From the human T2T-CHM13v2.0 reference genome, Homo sapiens: 64,000 nt of DNA. How positions within the stretch are numbered: position 1 is the first letter of the stretch; each line of letters opens with the position of its first letter. The notes below the pieces were generated by a model. It saw only the letters and a list, made by a program, of their open reading frames with translations. It searched no databases and was not told the DNA's origin. Shown here in pieces: positions 1 through 16,918 of the stretch. The DNA is taken from the NCBI RefSeq assembly GCF_009914755.1, contig NC_060927.1. The stretch is one strand, 5' to 3'. The position numbers were made by a program, and so were the translations under genes.

Positions 1-189
1 CAATTTTGCTGTGAACCTAAAACTGTTCATAGTCTTTAAAAAAACAAAAACAAACCAAAGAAAACCTAGTACACTTAAATTTTATAGACTGAATTTTCAG
101 TTCATTGTGATTTTTAAATGGTTATCATATATTGTTTTAGTTAGTCAAAAATCCCATAAACATAAAATTGTTCTTTATTGTTTGGTTGA

Positions 190-558
<369 letters not shown>

Positions 559-761
559 TACATGTCCCTTTTGACTCCTGAACAACTTAACTACTAATAG
601 CCTACTTATGACCAGAAGCCTTACCAACAACATAGTCAGTTAACACTTATTTTGTATGTTATACATGTTATATACTGTATTCCTAAAGTAAGCTAAAGAA
701 AATGTTAATTATTCCAGCACTCTTCTGATTAGAAAAAAAGAAAATGTTATTAAATAAATCA

Positions 762-1163
<402 letters not shown>

Positions 1164-2679
1164 TCATCATCTTCACACTGAGTAGGCTGAGGAGGAGGGG
1201 GAGAGGTTAGTCTTGCTGTCTCAGGGGTGGCAGACACAGAAGAGTGAAGGAGGTACAAGGGGAGGCAGCAGACGCAGGCATACTGTATGTAACTTCACAG
1301 ATATACATCATAATTTCTGACTTCTTTGCTTTTTCTTTTCTGTAAAAATGTTTATCTGTATAGTACCAATCCTACCACTGTTTGCTTTAGTTTCAGTGCT
1401 GGTATCATAGAAGGGGCCATATTATAAAAGAAGTAAAAAGCATTCTTGAATAATCAGAAGCCTTCTGTCAGACTGTTGCATGTGAATTTGTTTTCGGGCA
1501 CTGTTTCTTCTACATCTTCTTCCTCATCATCTGGCACTGCTTCAGAAGCACTCATCTCCATGAAGTTGTTTTCTGTTAATTCCTCTCATGTGGTGTTTAT
1601 TAGCTCTTGGATTTCTCCACGATCTGTATCTTGAAACCCTTCACCACCACTGCTGCCTTTTATGCCATACCACAATCTATTTCTTAATTTCCTTGATTGG
1701 TTCTGTTGTCAATCCTGTGAAGTCATGTACAATATCGGGACAGAGATTTCTCCAACAGGAATTTACTGTTTTGGGTTTGATAGCTTTCACAACTTTTTCT
1801 ATATGAACGATGGCATCTTCAGTGGTGTAATACTCCCAGACTTTCATGATGTTCTATCCAGGTTCTCTTTCATAGAGTACCATGAGTAATGAGCCTTAAA
1901 GGTCCTTATGACCTCCTGATAGGCTAAATTAGAGATGTTGTGTTTGGGGGTAAGTAAATCACTTTGAGGCTTTCAGTGTTGAACTCAGGGGGTTCTGGGT
2001 GGCCACGGGCATCATCCAATATCAAAAGAACCTTAAAAGGCAGTCCCTAGGCTGGGCACAGTGGCTCACACCTATAATCCTCCTGTCATCCTAGCACTTT
2101 GGGAGGCCAAGGTGGGGGGATCACTTGAGGTCAGGAGTTCAAGACCAGCCTGGCCAACATGGGGAAACCCCATCTCTATTAAAAACACAAAAATTAGCCA
2201 GACATGGTGGTGTGTGCCTGTAATCTCAGCTACTTGGGGGGCTGAGGCAGGAGAATCGCTTGAACCCAGGAGGCGGAGGTTGCAGTAAGCCAAGATCGCA
2301 CCCCTGCACTGCAGCCTGGGCGATGAAGTGAGACCCCATCTCAAAAAAAAAGGCAGCCCCTTACTGGCAAAGTAGTTCCTGACTTCAGAACAAAGCAGTG
2401 ATGGAACCAATCCAGAAAAAGGGTTCTTATTGTCCAGGTCTTCTTGTTGTACAACCAAAAGACTGGCAGCTGGTGTTTCTTTTTCCCTTCGAGGCTTGGG
2501 GGTTAGCAGCTTTACAAATAAAGTGTATCACAAACTAGTCTGCATTTGCACAAAACAGTAGTTAGCCTTCCTGTCTTAAATCCTGGTGCTGACTTCTCTT
2601 CCTAATAAATGACCTTTGTGGCATTTTTTTTCTCCAGAATTGGGCACTTTGATCTGCATTAAAAACTTGTTCAGGGTCA

Positions 2680-2799
<120 letters not shown>

Positions 2800-3051
2800 T
2801 TAAAAATTAGCTGGGCATGGTGGTGCATGCCTGTAGTCCCAGCTACTCAGGAGGCTGAGGTGGGAGGATCACTTGAGCCCAGGAGGGCAAGGATACAGCC
2901 TGGGCAACAGAGTGAGATCTTGTCTCAAAAACAAAACACTAAAAATCTGTTCAGGCAGGTATCTATTCTCCTCAGTGATTTTTCTTAATGGCATCTGGGA
3001 ACTCATCTGCTATTTCTAGGTCAGGAAAAATAACTTCTCCTGTTACCTTGA

Positions 3052-3420
<369 letters not shown>

Positions 3421-3761
3421 TGTCAAACCATCCTTTGCTAGCATTAAAATTCTCCTGTACTAGATCCTTCAGTTTCTTATTGCTTTGTCACATAACTTTG
3501 CCTTTTCTTGAATCAGATTAGAGTCTATTGGTATGCCTTTCTTATAGCAATCCTGCACCCACATACAAGCTGCATTTTTACTCTGAGATAAAAAGGTGAT
3601 TCACAAAAAGTGCAAGGTTTAGCACCTGCTGACATAGCTGCGGCGACAGTTTCATGAATTTGTTTTTTCACAATGGTACTTATACTGGATTGATTTATCT
3701 CGAAATGGCAGGCAACCACAGCTGCAGACCTCCATCTACAGTACATATCAAGCTATTCAGC

Positions 3762-3764
<3 letters not shown>

Positions 3765-3814
<50 letters not shown>
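3765..3814. repeat. (TA)n microsatellite
   Basis: About 25 TA units. Confidence 0.95.
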
Positions 3815-3820
<6 letters not shown>

Positions 3821-4856
3821 TTGCAGGCACAATCACAGCACACTAGTACCTAGAACTCCTGGGCTTAAGCAATCCTCTTGCCTCAGCCTGTGCACCCAGC
3901 TGCATTCAACTTTTTTCTTATAATATCATGACTTTTCTCTGTTCTTAGAAGTACTTCCAGGATCACAAGTAGCATTTTGTATGGGTCCCACAGTGTTATT
4001 CAAGGTTTGCAGTATTCCAGTAAACACAATTTAAAAAATACATGAGAACTCGGAGAGATCCCTTTTTACTGCAATATGCAATTTACTAGACAGAGAAACT
4101 GCTCAAGTGGAGATGATTAGAGTCACATGGCATTTCTGAGCATATGCTCACAACACTTAACCTCACCACAATAGCAACAGGAGGTGGCTGCAAAATTATT
4201 ACAGTAGTATAATACAGTTAATTTTATGCAGTTATGATTTAATACTGTATCTTTACATTTGTTTGCACTTCTTTCAACTGCAAATGGCACCATGTATGGT
4301 TGTCTAAATGTCTGTGTATGTTAAGTTTTGAAATTTTAACTTTTTATAATAGATTTATGTGTATTTTATGGTAGTAAATGATACATACATATCATGCATT
4401 AATGACACTTAACTTTTTAATTTTTTCACTATTTCTAGGCTGTGATTCGTCTGCAAGTTTTTTCAAATTGTCACAAATCTCAAAAAAAGTTTCAATATAC
4501 GTATTAAAAAATATCCACGTATAAGTGGCCCTGCACAGTTCAAACCTATTGCTGAAGGATGGGTTGTACTTAATTTTTAGTCACTTCTGCCATTAAGACA
4601 ATTATATATGACAACTTTTTCAAAAACTTATGATTATTCCAGTAAATAATTTTAGAAATCTAAAAGAATGAATCAACATACATAAATGTTTATGTGTGCA
4701 TTTATTTTTACCTATCAGGTTGGCACATATTTTAAAATTTGATAATACCCTGTGCTGGAAGGGGCAGAGAGAAAAAGGCATTCTAGTATAGTTTTGTTGA
4801 GAAACTACATTAATATGAACTTTTTGGAGGGCAATTTTGCAATATTTATTAGAAAT

Positions 4857-4859
<3 letters not shown>

Positions 4860-4896
<37 letters not shown>
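4860..4896. repeat. (CA)n microsatellite
   Basis: About 18 CA units. Confidence 0.95.
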
Positions 4897-4897
<1 letters not shown>

Positions 4898-4924
4898 CCT
4901 TAGACCTCACAATTTTATCAATCG

Positions 4925-5206
4925 TAATCTCAACCTGAGAGATTCAGGACCAACGAAGAAAGCCAAGTATACTAACCCAACACCAATCACATAAGATGCC
5001 TTGCTTCTAATTAGCCCACCTCCAGCTCCCTGCTGCCAATAATTTCCCATCAGGCATCTCTGAAACCTTCCCTTTTTTTTCACTGTAAAGCTTTCCCACT
5101 CCCCTGCCTGCCTCTGAGTCTCTGCCAAGCTCAAGTTCTTTTACTATAGCAACCTCTGCATAAATAGTCTCTGTTCTCATCTGAGTGGTCTTTGTTTATT
5201 TCTACA
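4925..5206 (+). mobile_element. Old ERV LTR fragment (MER31-like)
   Basis: LTR-like motifs (CACTGTAAAGCTTTCCCACTCCCCTGCCTGCCTCTGAGTCTCTGCCAA; ATAAA; ends in ..TACA). Family uncertain. Confidence 0.45.
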
Positions 5207-5919
5207 AACCTATGGATATACTATCAATATATGAATATTTGCTGCAGTTTTGTGTATAATAATTAAAATGTAATCTAAAGGCCATCATTCAGGACTGGTT
5301 AAATAAAGATACATCCATGTATCATTATACAGTGGTGCAGGAGATAAAAATACAATCAATCTTTGTGTTTTTAAGGGCACCAGATATTTTTTAAAAGTAG
5401 GTAGAGAATGGGTCAGGTAAAATCCCTTTTCTGAAAATTCAAAAGGAAGAATACAGAATATGCATAAGTTTTTGTTTTGGATACTTGAGATGACTCTATT
5501 GCTAGTGGTATTTTGTAGTATTAGGGAGGAATGCACAGTGAGGAAAGTTACTTTTTATTCCATAAAATTAATCTATACTATACTATTTGAACATATGCAT
5601 GTCAGTAAGGGTTGCATTGTCTTTTTACTTTTATGCACTGAAAACAATAGTTGTTATTTCAAAAATATATCCTAGAATCAATTTTGTGGTATTAAATATA
5701 GAAAAATAAAACACAGCAAAGGTATAACACAGCAAAGGTAAAATGATTTCCTGGATAGTTTTAGATCTGGAATAAAATACATTACTCTAAATTAGCTATG
5801 AATGGACTGTAATTTGGGTGGAATGGCTGAAGCATTTTAGTGCACTGTTAATATTCATTCTATTCACAGGCAATAGGTATTACAGGTGACGAAAGGGAAA
5901 TAAGTACCCAATAATATAT

Positions 5920-6470
5920 ACATCTAACAAAAATCAAATGCTTTATTTCCCTTAATCTGCTACAAATCATGTTTAACCCACCTTCTAAATGTCTCTCAAC
6001 TCTGTCCACTTCTCTCAATTCCTGTAAACATTAACCTAATCCTGGCCATCATCACCCTTCCTTTGGGTTACAACATTTTTTCACTAATTTCTCTATTCAA
6101 ATTCTTAATCCCTCCAATCCACTCTTCATTCTACAACCTAAATAATCTTTCTAAAATGCAAATTTATCACGTTACTCCCCTACCTATATTTCTTCAATAG
6201 CTTCCCAAGTGTTCTTAGTAGTAAAGCTCTACTTTTTACATGGCCTGGATGGCACTGTATGCTCTGCAGATGGCTGCCTCTCTAGTCTTTCCTAGTTGTC
6301 CTATCTGTCCCCCTACACCACCCATAATCAATTTCTTTTCCTTGAATAGGCCATTCTTCACATGTGCCATTTCTTTTTGTTTTTTCCTTTCTCCACCTCT
6401 CTTTACCTGCCAAATTCCTAATCAGCATTGATGGCTCAGTGTAGGTATACATCTTCTAAGAGGTCATCCC
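5920..6470 (+). mobile_element. L2 fragment
   Basis: Degenerate L2 3' motifs (TCTGTCCACTTCTCTC..; TCTTTCTAAAATGCAAAT..TCTTCAATAGCTTCCC). Confidence 0.6.
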
Positions 6471-6542
6471 TGATTCACCTAATTGATTTAAGGTGACTTT
6501 CCTTTTCAAAAGTTTTGTTTTTCATTAATTGGCAAATAATAA

Positions 6543-6704
<162 letters not shown>

Positions 6705-7057
6705 TAGCTGGGACTACAGGCACACACCACCATGCCTGAGTAATTTTTTGTACTTTTTGTAGAGATGGGGTTTTGCTATGTTGCCCAGACTGGTCTCCAA
6801 ATCCTGGGCTCAAGTGATCTACCCACCTTATCCTCCCAAAGTACTGGGATTATAGGAATAAGCCCCCAAGCTCGGCCAATGTGATGTTTTGACACATGTA
6901 TACATTGTGGAATGATCAAATCTGGCTAATTAGCATATCTATCACCTCAAATATTTATTATTTCTTTGTGAAGAGAACATTTAAAAATTCTCTCATAAAT
7001 ATTTTGAAACATACAATACATTATTATTAACTATAGTCACGGTGCTATGCAATAGAA

Positions 7058-7326
7058 TGGGGGTGGGGGTGGTTTTGGGATGAAACTGTTCCACCTCAGA
7101 TCATCAGGCATTAGATTCTCGCTCATTAGGATCACACAACCTAGATCCCTCACATGTGCAGTTCACAATAGGATTCTTCGCATTCAAGCTCCTATGAGAA
7201 TCTAATGCTACCACTGATCTGACAGGAGGCGAAGTTCAGGTGGTAATGCTCACCCAACCTGCTGCTCACCTCCTGCTGTGCGGCCTGGTTCCTAACCAGC
7301 AACAGGGAGCAGAGGAGAACCCCTGC
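7058..7326 (+). mobile_element. MER1B (hAT-Charlie) inside an antisense L1M fragment (~6500-7510)
   Basis: GAAACTGTTCCACCTCAGATCATCAGGCATTAGATTCTC...CTCACCTCCTGCTGTGCGGCCTGGTTCCTAAC matches the MER1B consensus. Confidence 0.8.
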
Positions 7327-7875
7327 AATGGAACACCAGAACTTATTCCTGCTAACTGAAACTTTGTACCCAGTGACCAATGTCTCCCCTTTCCCAGCCC
7401 AATACACCCCTTTCTATGCCCCCAACTGGCTCTGCTAACTACCATTCAACTGTTTACTTTGAGTTCAACTTTTTCAGATTCCACATTTAAGTGAGATCAC
7501 ACAGTATTTGAAGGTGACCCTTTCTGACATAGCATAGCAGTTAATACATTGCAATAAAACTGTGTTTACTGATCCTCACTTCCCACTGGATTGTGAGGTC
7601 TAAGCAGAGACCATATCACCCACGGTCACTGGTAAAATTTCAAGTATAAACACTCAATACTACTGAACTGCAATCACTAATGTTTTGGTAATGTTTTTCA
7701 ATATATTATGAATAAGGGACCCTGTTCATGTAACTGTTAGAATCACATAAAAAAATACAGCTTTCATTTATTCCAGACACACTGAATCCCAATCTCTGAG
7801 CATATTCATTTTAAGAAACTGATACAATCTAAATTTGGGAACCACCATAAAGATCTCTTAAATACAGAAATTTTA

Positions 7876-8200
<325 letters not shown>

Positions 8201-9192
8201 CTAAGTAATTTAATTTTAAACCTAGTTAATACCCTACATACCTTCTTGTAAGAGAATCTAACAGCAAAGCTTAAATTTTCCTTAAGGCTACTGTAAAATT
8301 TATAGTCAAATATAATTTTTATATTTAAAAAGTACTGAGTGAACAATTTATTCATACTAAAGAGGGTGTTAAAATCCTACAGACTAGGTCGGACATGGTG
8401 GCTCACACCTGTAATCCCAGCACTTTGGAAGGCTTAAGGCAGGCAGATCGCTTGAGGTCAGGAGTTCGAGACCAGCCTAGCCAATGTGGCAAAACCCCAT
8501 CTCTACAAAAAATATAAAAATTAGCTGGGTGTAGTCATGCAATCCTGTAATCCCAGCTACTTAGGAGGCTCAGGCATGAGAATCACTTGAACCCAGGAGG
8601 CAGAGGTTGCAGTGAGCCAAGATCACGCCACTGCACTCCAGCCTGGGCAACAAAGTGAGACTCTGTATATAAAAAAAAAAAAAAAAAAAATCCTACAGAC
8701 TAGCTATTTCCCTCACTTAAGGTATACCACAGGTTTAGATAGGTCAGGAGAAATAAGGGAGTTTACAAATATGTTTTTCAGAATGCTAACAAAATCCTCT
8801 GATTACGATTCTTTTACTGAGTGTTTGGAGAAATTAATATGGGGTGGCATACACCTTACTACAGAGAACAAACAGAACTCAAACAACAGCTCTGTAAATA
8901 ATTATTTGGAATAAACACAGAAAAAAAAAAGATTAGCCACATCATCTTTCAGGAAAAGGTATTTTTAGCCTAGTCAGGGCAATTACGTCTCTAAAGGTTC
9001 TATTGTTTTCTTTGGAGAGAGGAGGTGGCAACCTTGTTCCTAAAGTTAAACTGAAATAATTGTATATTTTTTCCCAGGAGGCATGGCCTCATCAAGCCAT
9101 GGTCATCACAGACAAATCAGCAACTGCAAAAATTGACTTGACTTCTCAAGTATTAAAAGTGAAAATTCATTCTTAAATACACAACTTACTCA

Positions 9193-9429
<237 letters not shown>

Positions 9430-9485
9430 TTAAATTCATTAGTCTAATATAGATTATACCCCTATGCTATGGTAGGATAAAAGGT

Positions 9486-9621
9486 AAGGTTGCCAGGTTA
9501 AAAAAAAACAGTATGCGCAATTCAATGTGAATTTTAGATAAACAATGAATATGTTTTTAGCATAAGCACAGCATATGTAATATTTCAATCTTCAATATTT
9601 TTATTTGCCACATTTGGCAGG
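9486..9621. mobile_element. MER53 (hAT MITE), internally deleted
   Basis: AGGTTGCCAG...GAATTTTAGATAAACAATGAAT...TTTTTATTTGCCACATTTGGCA; palindromic MER53 ends. Confidence 0.65.
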
Positions 9622-9719
9622 CATAGGAAGAGGTAATGGTGGCCAATGAATCCATGTTTTGGTAAATGTTAGGAAGGAGGTAAATTTCAGAGAGATACCA
9701 ATGCCTTGAAGAAACTTGG

Positions 9720-11180
<1,461 letters not shown>

Positions 11181-11936
11181 CACACCTTTGTAGCTCTAGA
11201 AAATAGAAAGGCATGCTTTCTAATAATGCTTTCTAATTATATGTCACTAATATATAAGAAAAAATTTTGTATGATACATAACTATAAACTTGTTAACTGG
11301 GAAAAATTTATTGCCAAAAATAAACTAGCCACCCTCTGAAGTAATCAAATATTTTTAAATATCAGAGTATCCCTTAGTAAACTAACAAGGTTCTATGCAC
11401 TCAGAGGGAGTAGTCCCACAGTATAATCATTAGCTAGCCTGAATTATTATAGGGTTAAGATCAAAGAATAGTATTTTAAAGGGGATGGTACTATATTATC
11501 CTATAACAGTGAATCTGATCAATACAGGTACCCAATCTAGATACATAAATCTCCAGTGGATTTTCTGGTTTTGTATTTAAACTATAAAGTCCCCTCCTCA
11601 GTAACCTTTTGTAGTTCCTAATTCAAGTCAGTACCCTCTCTAAAGCAAGATATTGATAAAACATTAGCCCCTGAGACTCCTAATGTTATATAGCAAGAGA
11701 GACTCCTCCATGTTCTTGATTGTGTTACTCACAATTTTCCATGGAATAAATTTGCAAGGAATAATGTGGACATGATATTTCCTGACTCTCTACCAAAATA
11801 ACTTCTACTTAAAGATAATTTCAGTTAAGAAGTAAAATTTGTCAATAATTTATTTATGGAAACATCAAACAGCTTAAAGTCTTGGTTGGCATAGAGAGTT
11901 GTGTATAAAATATGTTCATTCTATAGGAGCAGTTCA

Positions 11937-12185
<249 letters not shown>

Positions 12186-12451
12186 TTAAATAAATAATAA
12201 ATCATTAGACAACAAAAACATATACTAAACATAAGCCCTTGGATGCTATGGCAATATCATATTGCTAAAGGGGTTTCTAAACATTTATTCTCAATTTCTA
12301 TACTTACCTTATCTCAAACTGGCAACAATTTACAGATCAGCAGTGGTCCATGGACCACACTTTGAAAAGCAATGTCTTAAATATACTTACTATATGTTTA
12401 TATAAATAGATATATTAAGAATTTGTACTTTTTTTTTATTTTTTAATTTAC

Positions 12452-12677
12452 CTTTTCCTATAAGGACTCCAATTTTTGAGTCTAATTTTTCCCCTGGGTC
12501 ACAACTTCTTGTCACTAATTTGAGAACTGGAAGAAAAGGTCTGACATCACAGAGTCTTCGTGTTTCATCTTCAAGCTCCTCATATACAGCAGTCTGATTC
12601 ACACATGCAAACATATAGGAGTCAATATCCATAAGGAGGTTGAACATTGGGTAATTGTGAACTTGCTTCCATAACAT
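12452..12677 (-). CDS. PIK3CB: PIK3CB second coding exon (adaptor/p85-binding domain)
   Basis: Translates MLWKQVHNYPMFNLLMDIDSYMFACVNQTAVYEELEDETRRLCDVRPFLPVLKLVTRSCDPGEKLDSKIGVLIGK. Acceptor TTTTTTCTCATAG and donor AAAG|GTAAAT. Length 226 nt, in frame with the previous exon. Confidence 0.97.
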
Positions 12678-13519
12678 CTATGAGAAAAAATAAGACATTT
12701 TCTGGAATGGAAACACTTGCTCAAGTGTACAAAGATATAAGGATGCTCACTGCAGCACTGTTTGTAAAAATAAAAAACTATGAACAAATCAAATGTTTAG
12801 CAATAAAAGATTGGTTAAATGAATTATAGAATATTACAGAACGGTGAAAATAATAGAAATATATTCAGAAAAATAGAAAAAAATATAAATTCATTCTGAA
12901 ATGGAAAACCATACAAAATATTCAAGTTTTCTTACAACAGCAAATTATAGGAGAGTATATATGGTATTATCCCATGTTTGTAGGGTAATATAATGGCATA
13001 GTGCACAAAAAATGCATTATAAATGAAATTACTAAAAGCAAATTATCTATGACAAGTAAGACTCAATGAAAACTTTCATATTTCACTTTCCTGTAAGCAG
13101 AAACTACTGATCAGGAGTAATCAAAAAAAAATTTTAATTTAAAGTATGTATCACCACCTCCATACAATATTTAAATTATTTTTGTCCTGCACTCTTTTCT
13201 TTTATCAGGGGTATCCTTACTAACACTGTCCTGTCAGAATGATCATAATCAATCTCTCAACATCTCTTTCCATGTCTCCTGGATGAGATAATATAAAAGA
13301 AGTTCACCACACAAAAACAAAAAGGGATTGCATATTTTGTTAACAGCCAGTACAAAAGCTAAGAGCTGAAAATAACAGACCTGAGTTAAAAATTGTGGCC
13401 AATCCTCAGCTCAGATTCAGTTACATAAAACATACAGGAGAAAGTACAAGCAACAACAATAATAATAATGATAGGTAAACTTTTCATTCTAAAGGCTCAA
13501 AATAGTAACATTAAGAAAA

Positions 13520-14174
13520 AAAGGTAAACTGAACTTCACCAAAACTTAAAACTTCTGTACAGCAAAAGACATTATCAAGAGAATGAAAAGGCAACCAACA
13601 AAATGGGAGGTAATATTTGCAAATCATATATATCTGACAAGATATTAATATCCAGAATATATAAAGAACTCCTACAACTCAATAACAGAAAACAAAGTTT
13701 AAAAATCAGTACAGGTCTAGAAAAGATAATTCTCCAAAAAACATACAAATGACCAACAAGCACATAAAAAGATGCTCAACATCATTAGTCATGAGGGAAA
13801 TGCACATAAAAACCACAATGAGGCTGGGTGCAGTGGCTCACACCTGTAATCCCAGCACTTTGGGAGGCCATGGTGGGCAGATCATGAGGTCAAGAAATCA
13901 AGACCATCCTGGCCAACATGGTGAAATCCCATCTCTACTAAAAATACAAAAATTAGCTGGGCATGGTGGTGTGCACCTATAGTCCCAGCTACTCAGGATG
14001 CTGAAGCAGGAGAATCACTTGAACCCAGGAGGCGGAGGTTGCAGTAAGCCAAGGTCATGACACTGCCCTCCAGTCTGGCGACAGAGCGAGACTCCGTCTC
14101 AAAAAAACAAAACAAAAAACAAAAAAAAACCCACAATGAGATACCACTTCACATCCATTAGGATGGATACTATT

Positions 14175-14221
<47 letters not shown>

Positions 14222-15100
14222 ATATGGCAAACAAGATCGTATCTCTTAGACAAACAAAAAAAGGAAAGAAATAATGTAAGAAAAGAGGAAGGAAGAAAGG
14301 AAGGAAGAAGGGAGGGAGGGAGAGAGGGGAGGGGAAGGGAGGAGAGGGAGAGGAAGGAGGGGAGGTAGGAAAAGAGGGAGGGAGGGAGGAAGAGAGGGAG
14401 GGAGGAAGAGAGGGAGGGAGGAAGAGAGGGAGGGAGGGAGCGAGGAGAAAATAGCATGTGTTGGCCAGTATGTAGACAAACTGGAACCCTTGTACACTGC
14501 TGGTCCCAACATTATATGGTGCAGCCACTGTGGAAAACAGTGTGGCAGTTCCTCAAAAGTTAAAACATGGAATTACCACTGTGAACCAACAATCACACTT
14601 CTAGGTATATACCCAAAAGAACTGAAAGCAGGAATTCAAACAGACATTTATACACCAATGCTCAGAGTAGCATAATATTCACAATAGCCAAAAGCTGGAA
14701 GCAACCCAAATGTTCATCAACAGATAAATATACAAAATGTGGCATATACATACAATGGAATATTATTCAGCCATAAAAGGGAATGAAACTAGGATATATG
14801 CTACAACATGGATGAACTTTAAAAACACTATGCTATGCAAGCCAACTACAAAAGGATAGCTATTTATTGTATGTTTCCACTTATATAAAGTACCAAGAAT
14901 AGGCAAACTGGTAGAGATGGAAAACAGAATAGAAATAAAAAGGAATTGAGGGAAAGGGGCAGTTATGGGTATGAAGTTTCTGTTTGGGATGATGGTTAAG
15001 TGCTGGAAATGGATACTGGTGATGGTTGCACAGCACTGTGAATGCACACCTAAAAATGTCTAAATAGTAAATTCCAGGTTATGTATATTTCACAATTAAA
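13520..15100 (+). mobile_element. L1MB-like 3' fragment interrupted by an Alu (13822-14130), (CA)n and a purine tract
   Basis: L1 3' motifs (AAGATGCTCAACATCATTAGTCATGAGGGAAATGCAC; CAATGGAATATTATTCAGCCATAAAAGGGAATGAA). Confidence 0.85.
14177..14450. repeat. (CA)n followed by GA-rich polypurine tract
   Basis: About 20 CA units at 14177-14217; GGAA/GGGA repeats at about 14280-14447. Confidence 0.9.
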
Positions 15101-15868
15101 AAGAGATAAATGGTTAATCTAATGTGAAGTATAGCCATAGGAATCCATACTTGTCACTGGTGACTATAAAAATAGGTGCACCATGCATGAGCGTATGAGA
15201 TGCTTAAGTCAATTCTGTATTTTCTTTTTACTTTAAGGATCATGCCATTTTAGAATTCCAGTTTCTCTAATGAAGAAGCTTGGAAAGGAGTTAAGAGGCT
15301 TGTCCAAAGCCAAGAGTTTTCAGAGGTATATCATAAATATGTTTTCTTAAAAATACCGTAACTCCTGATATTCACATTGGGTTCAGCTTTTTGAAAAACA
15401 TTAGAAAGAAAGTTTAGAAAAACAAGTTCATGTATATGCTGGTTTTTACAAATCAACGGTGCTCATCAATTTACTTTAAAAACTAATGCAATAGAAAAGG
15501 CAAGCCTGCTGAGGGAAAAATATCTGGTGAACAGCAGAAAAGTCTTTCTTCCCCCAAGAGTCAAGGAAAGGGGGAAGAGAAGAAAAAGGAGAGAAGAGAA
15601 AATGAACCAAAAATCACATTTTTAAAAGTGTGACAAGCTCAAAGACAGTAATTTCAAAGACGAACTCAAAAGAAAATCTTCTTGACAGTTTTAATAACCC
15701 AAACAAACATTTCAAACTAGCTAACATAAACTAATTTTTCTTAATTACCATCACTTCATTACTATCATTATCACATATAATTTACATTAACATTTTCTAT
15801 TATAGAATGATATTTCCCCCAAGTGACACAGTATGCTAAACACATAGAAATTATACCTATTAACATAC

Positions 15869-16039
15869 CTGCTTAATATAAGAAATGGTAGCTTCCCGAG
15901 GTACCTCCAACTGGATATAAATCCCAGTGGGCAAAAGGAAATCCACAGGTATGGAGCCATCAGATGCTATCTGTGAATCCACCGCCCAGATGTCAAGGAT
16001 GTCTGCCATAGCAGGAGGCATTATGAAACTGAAGCACAT
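15869..16039 (-). CDS. PIK3CB: PIK3CB first coding exon, coding part (codons 1-57; exon 15869-16055 includes 16 nt of 5'UTR)
   Basis: Reverse complement reads MCFSFIMPPAMADILDIWAVDSQIASDGSIPVDFLLPTGIYIQLEVPREATISYIKQ, the N-terminus of p110beta. Acceptor TTTCTAG precedes 16055 and donor CAG|GTATGT follows 15869. Length 171 nt, phase 0. Confidence 0.97.
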
Positions 16040-16510
16040 TCATAACCACGGGGCCCTAGAAATCAGTAATTAAAACATAGCAAAACAACCATCAGCCAAA
16101 TTTTATACCAAGATATGATAAAGACCACTAATCTACAATTAGTCCTTAGATTTCAATATAGCCAATAATGTAACAGGAGGCCAATTAAATAATGTGATAT
16201 TTTAAAAACCAAGAGTAAGTCAGCAGAAATAAATTATTTAAATACACTTTTATCACTTCACAAATTATATATATGTACATTATCCAATCCATACCACCAA
16301 CTAAAGGAAAAAAATTATTCTTATATACATATAAATAAAAATATATACACATACATATGTACACACACACACACCACATTGATTCAAATTCAACATAAAT
16401 ATTTGACATCTGAATAAACTGCATGCTTAAGGATTACAGGGTCCTAAGAAATTTAGTTAACCAGCACTTGACAGGTGATTTTTCTCCAAACTTTATTTAG
16501 AAAATATTAG

Positions 16511-16918
<408 letters not shown>

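Noticed and set aside
5709-5740. 16-bp tandem repeat AACACAGCAAAGGTA
   Set aside because: Ordinary slippage duplication.
12390-12451. C-terminal KLKNKKKVQILNISIYINI of the 95-aa ORF
   Set aside because: Read-through past the GT donor at 12451 into intron.
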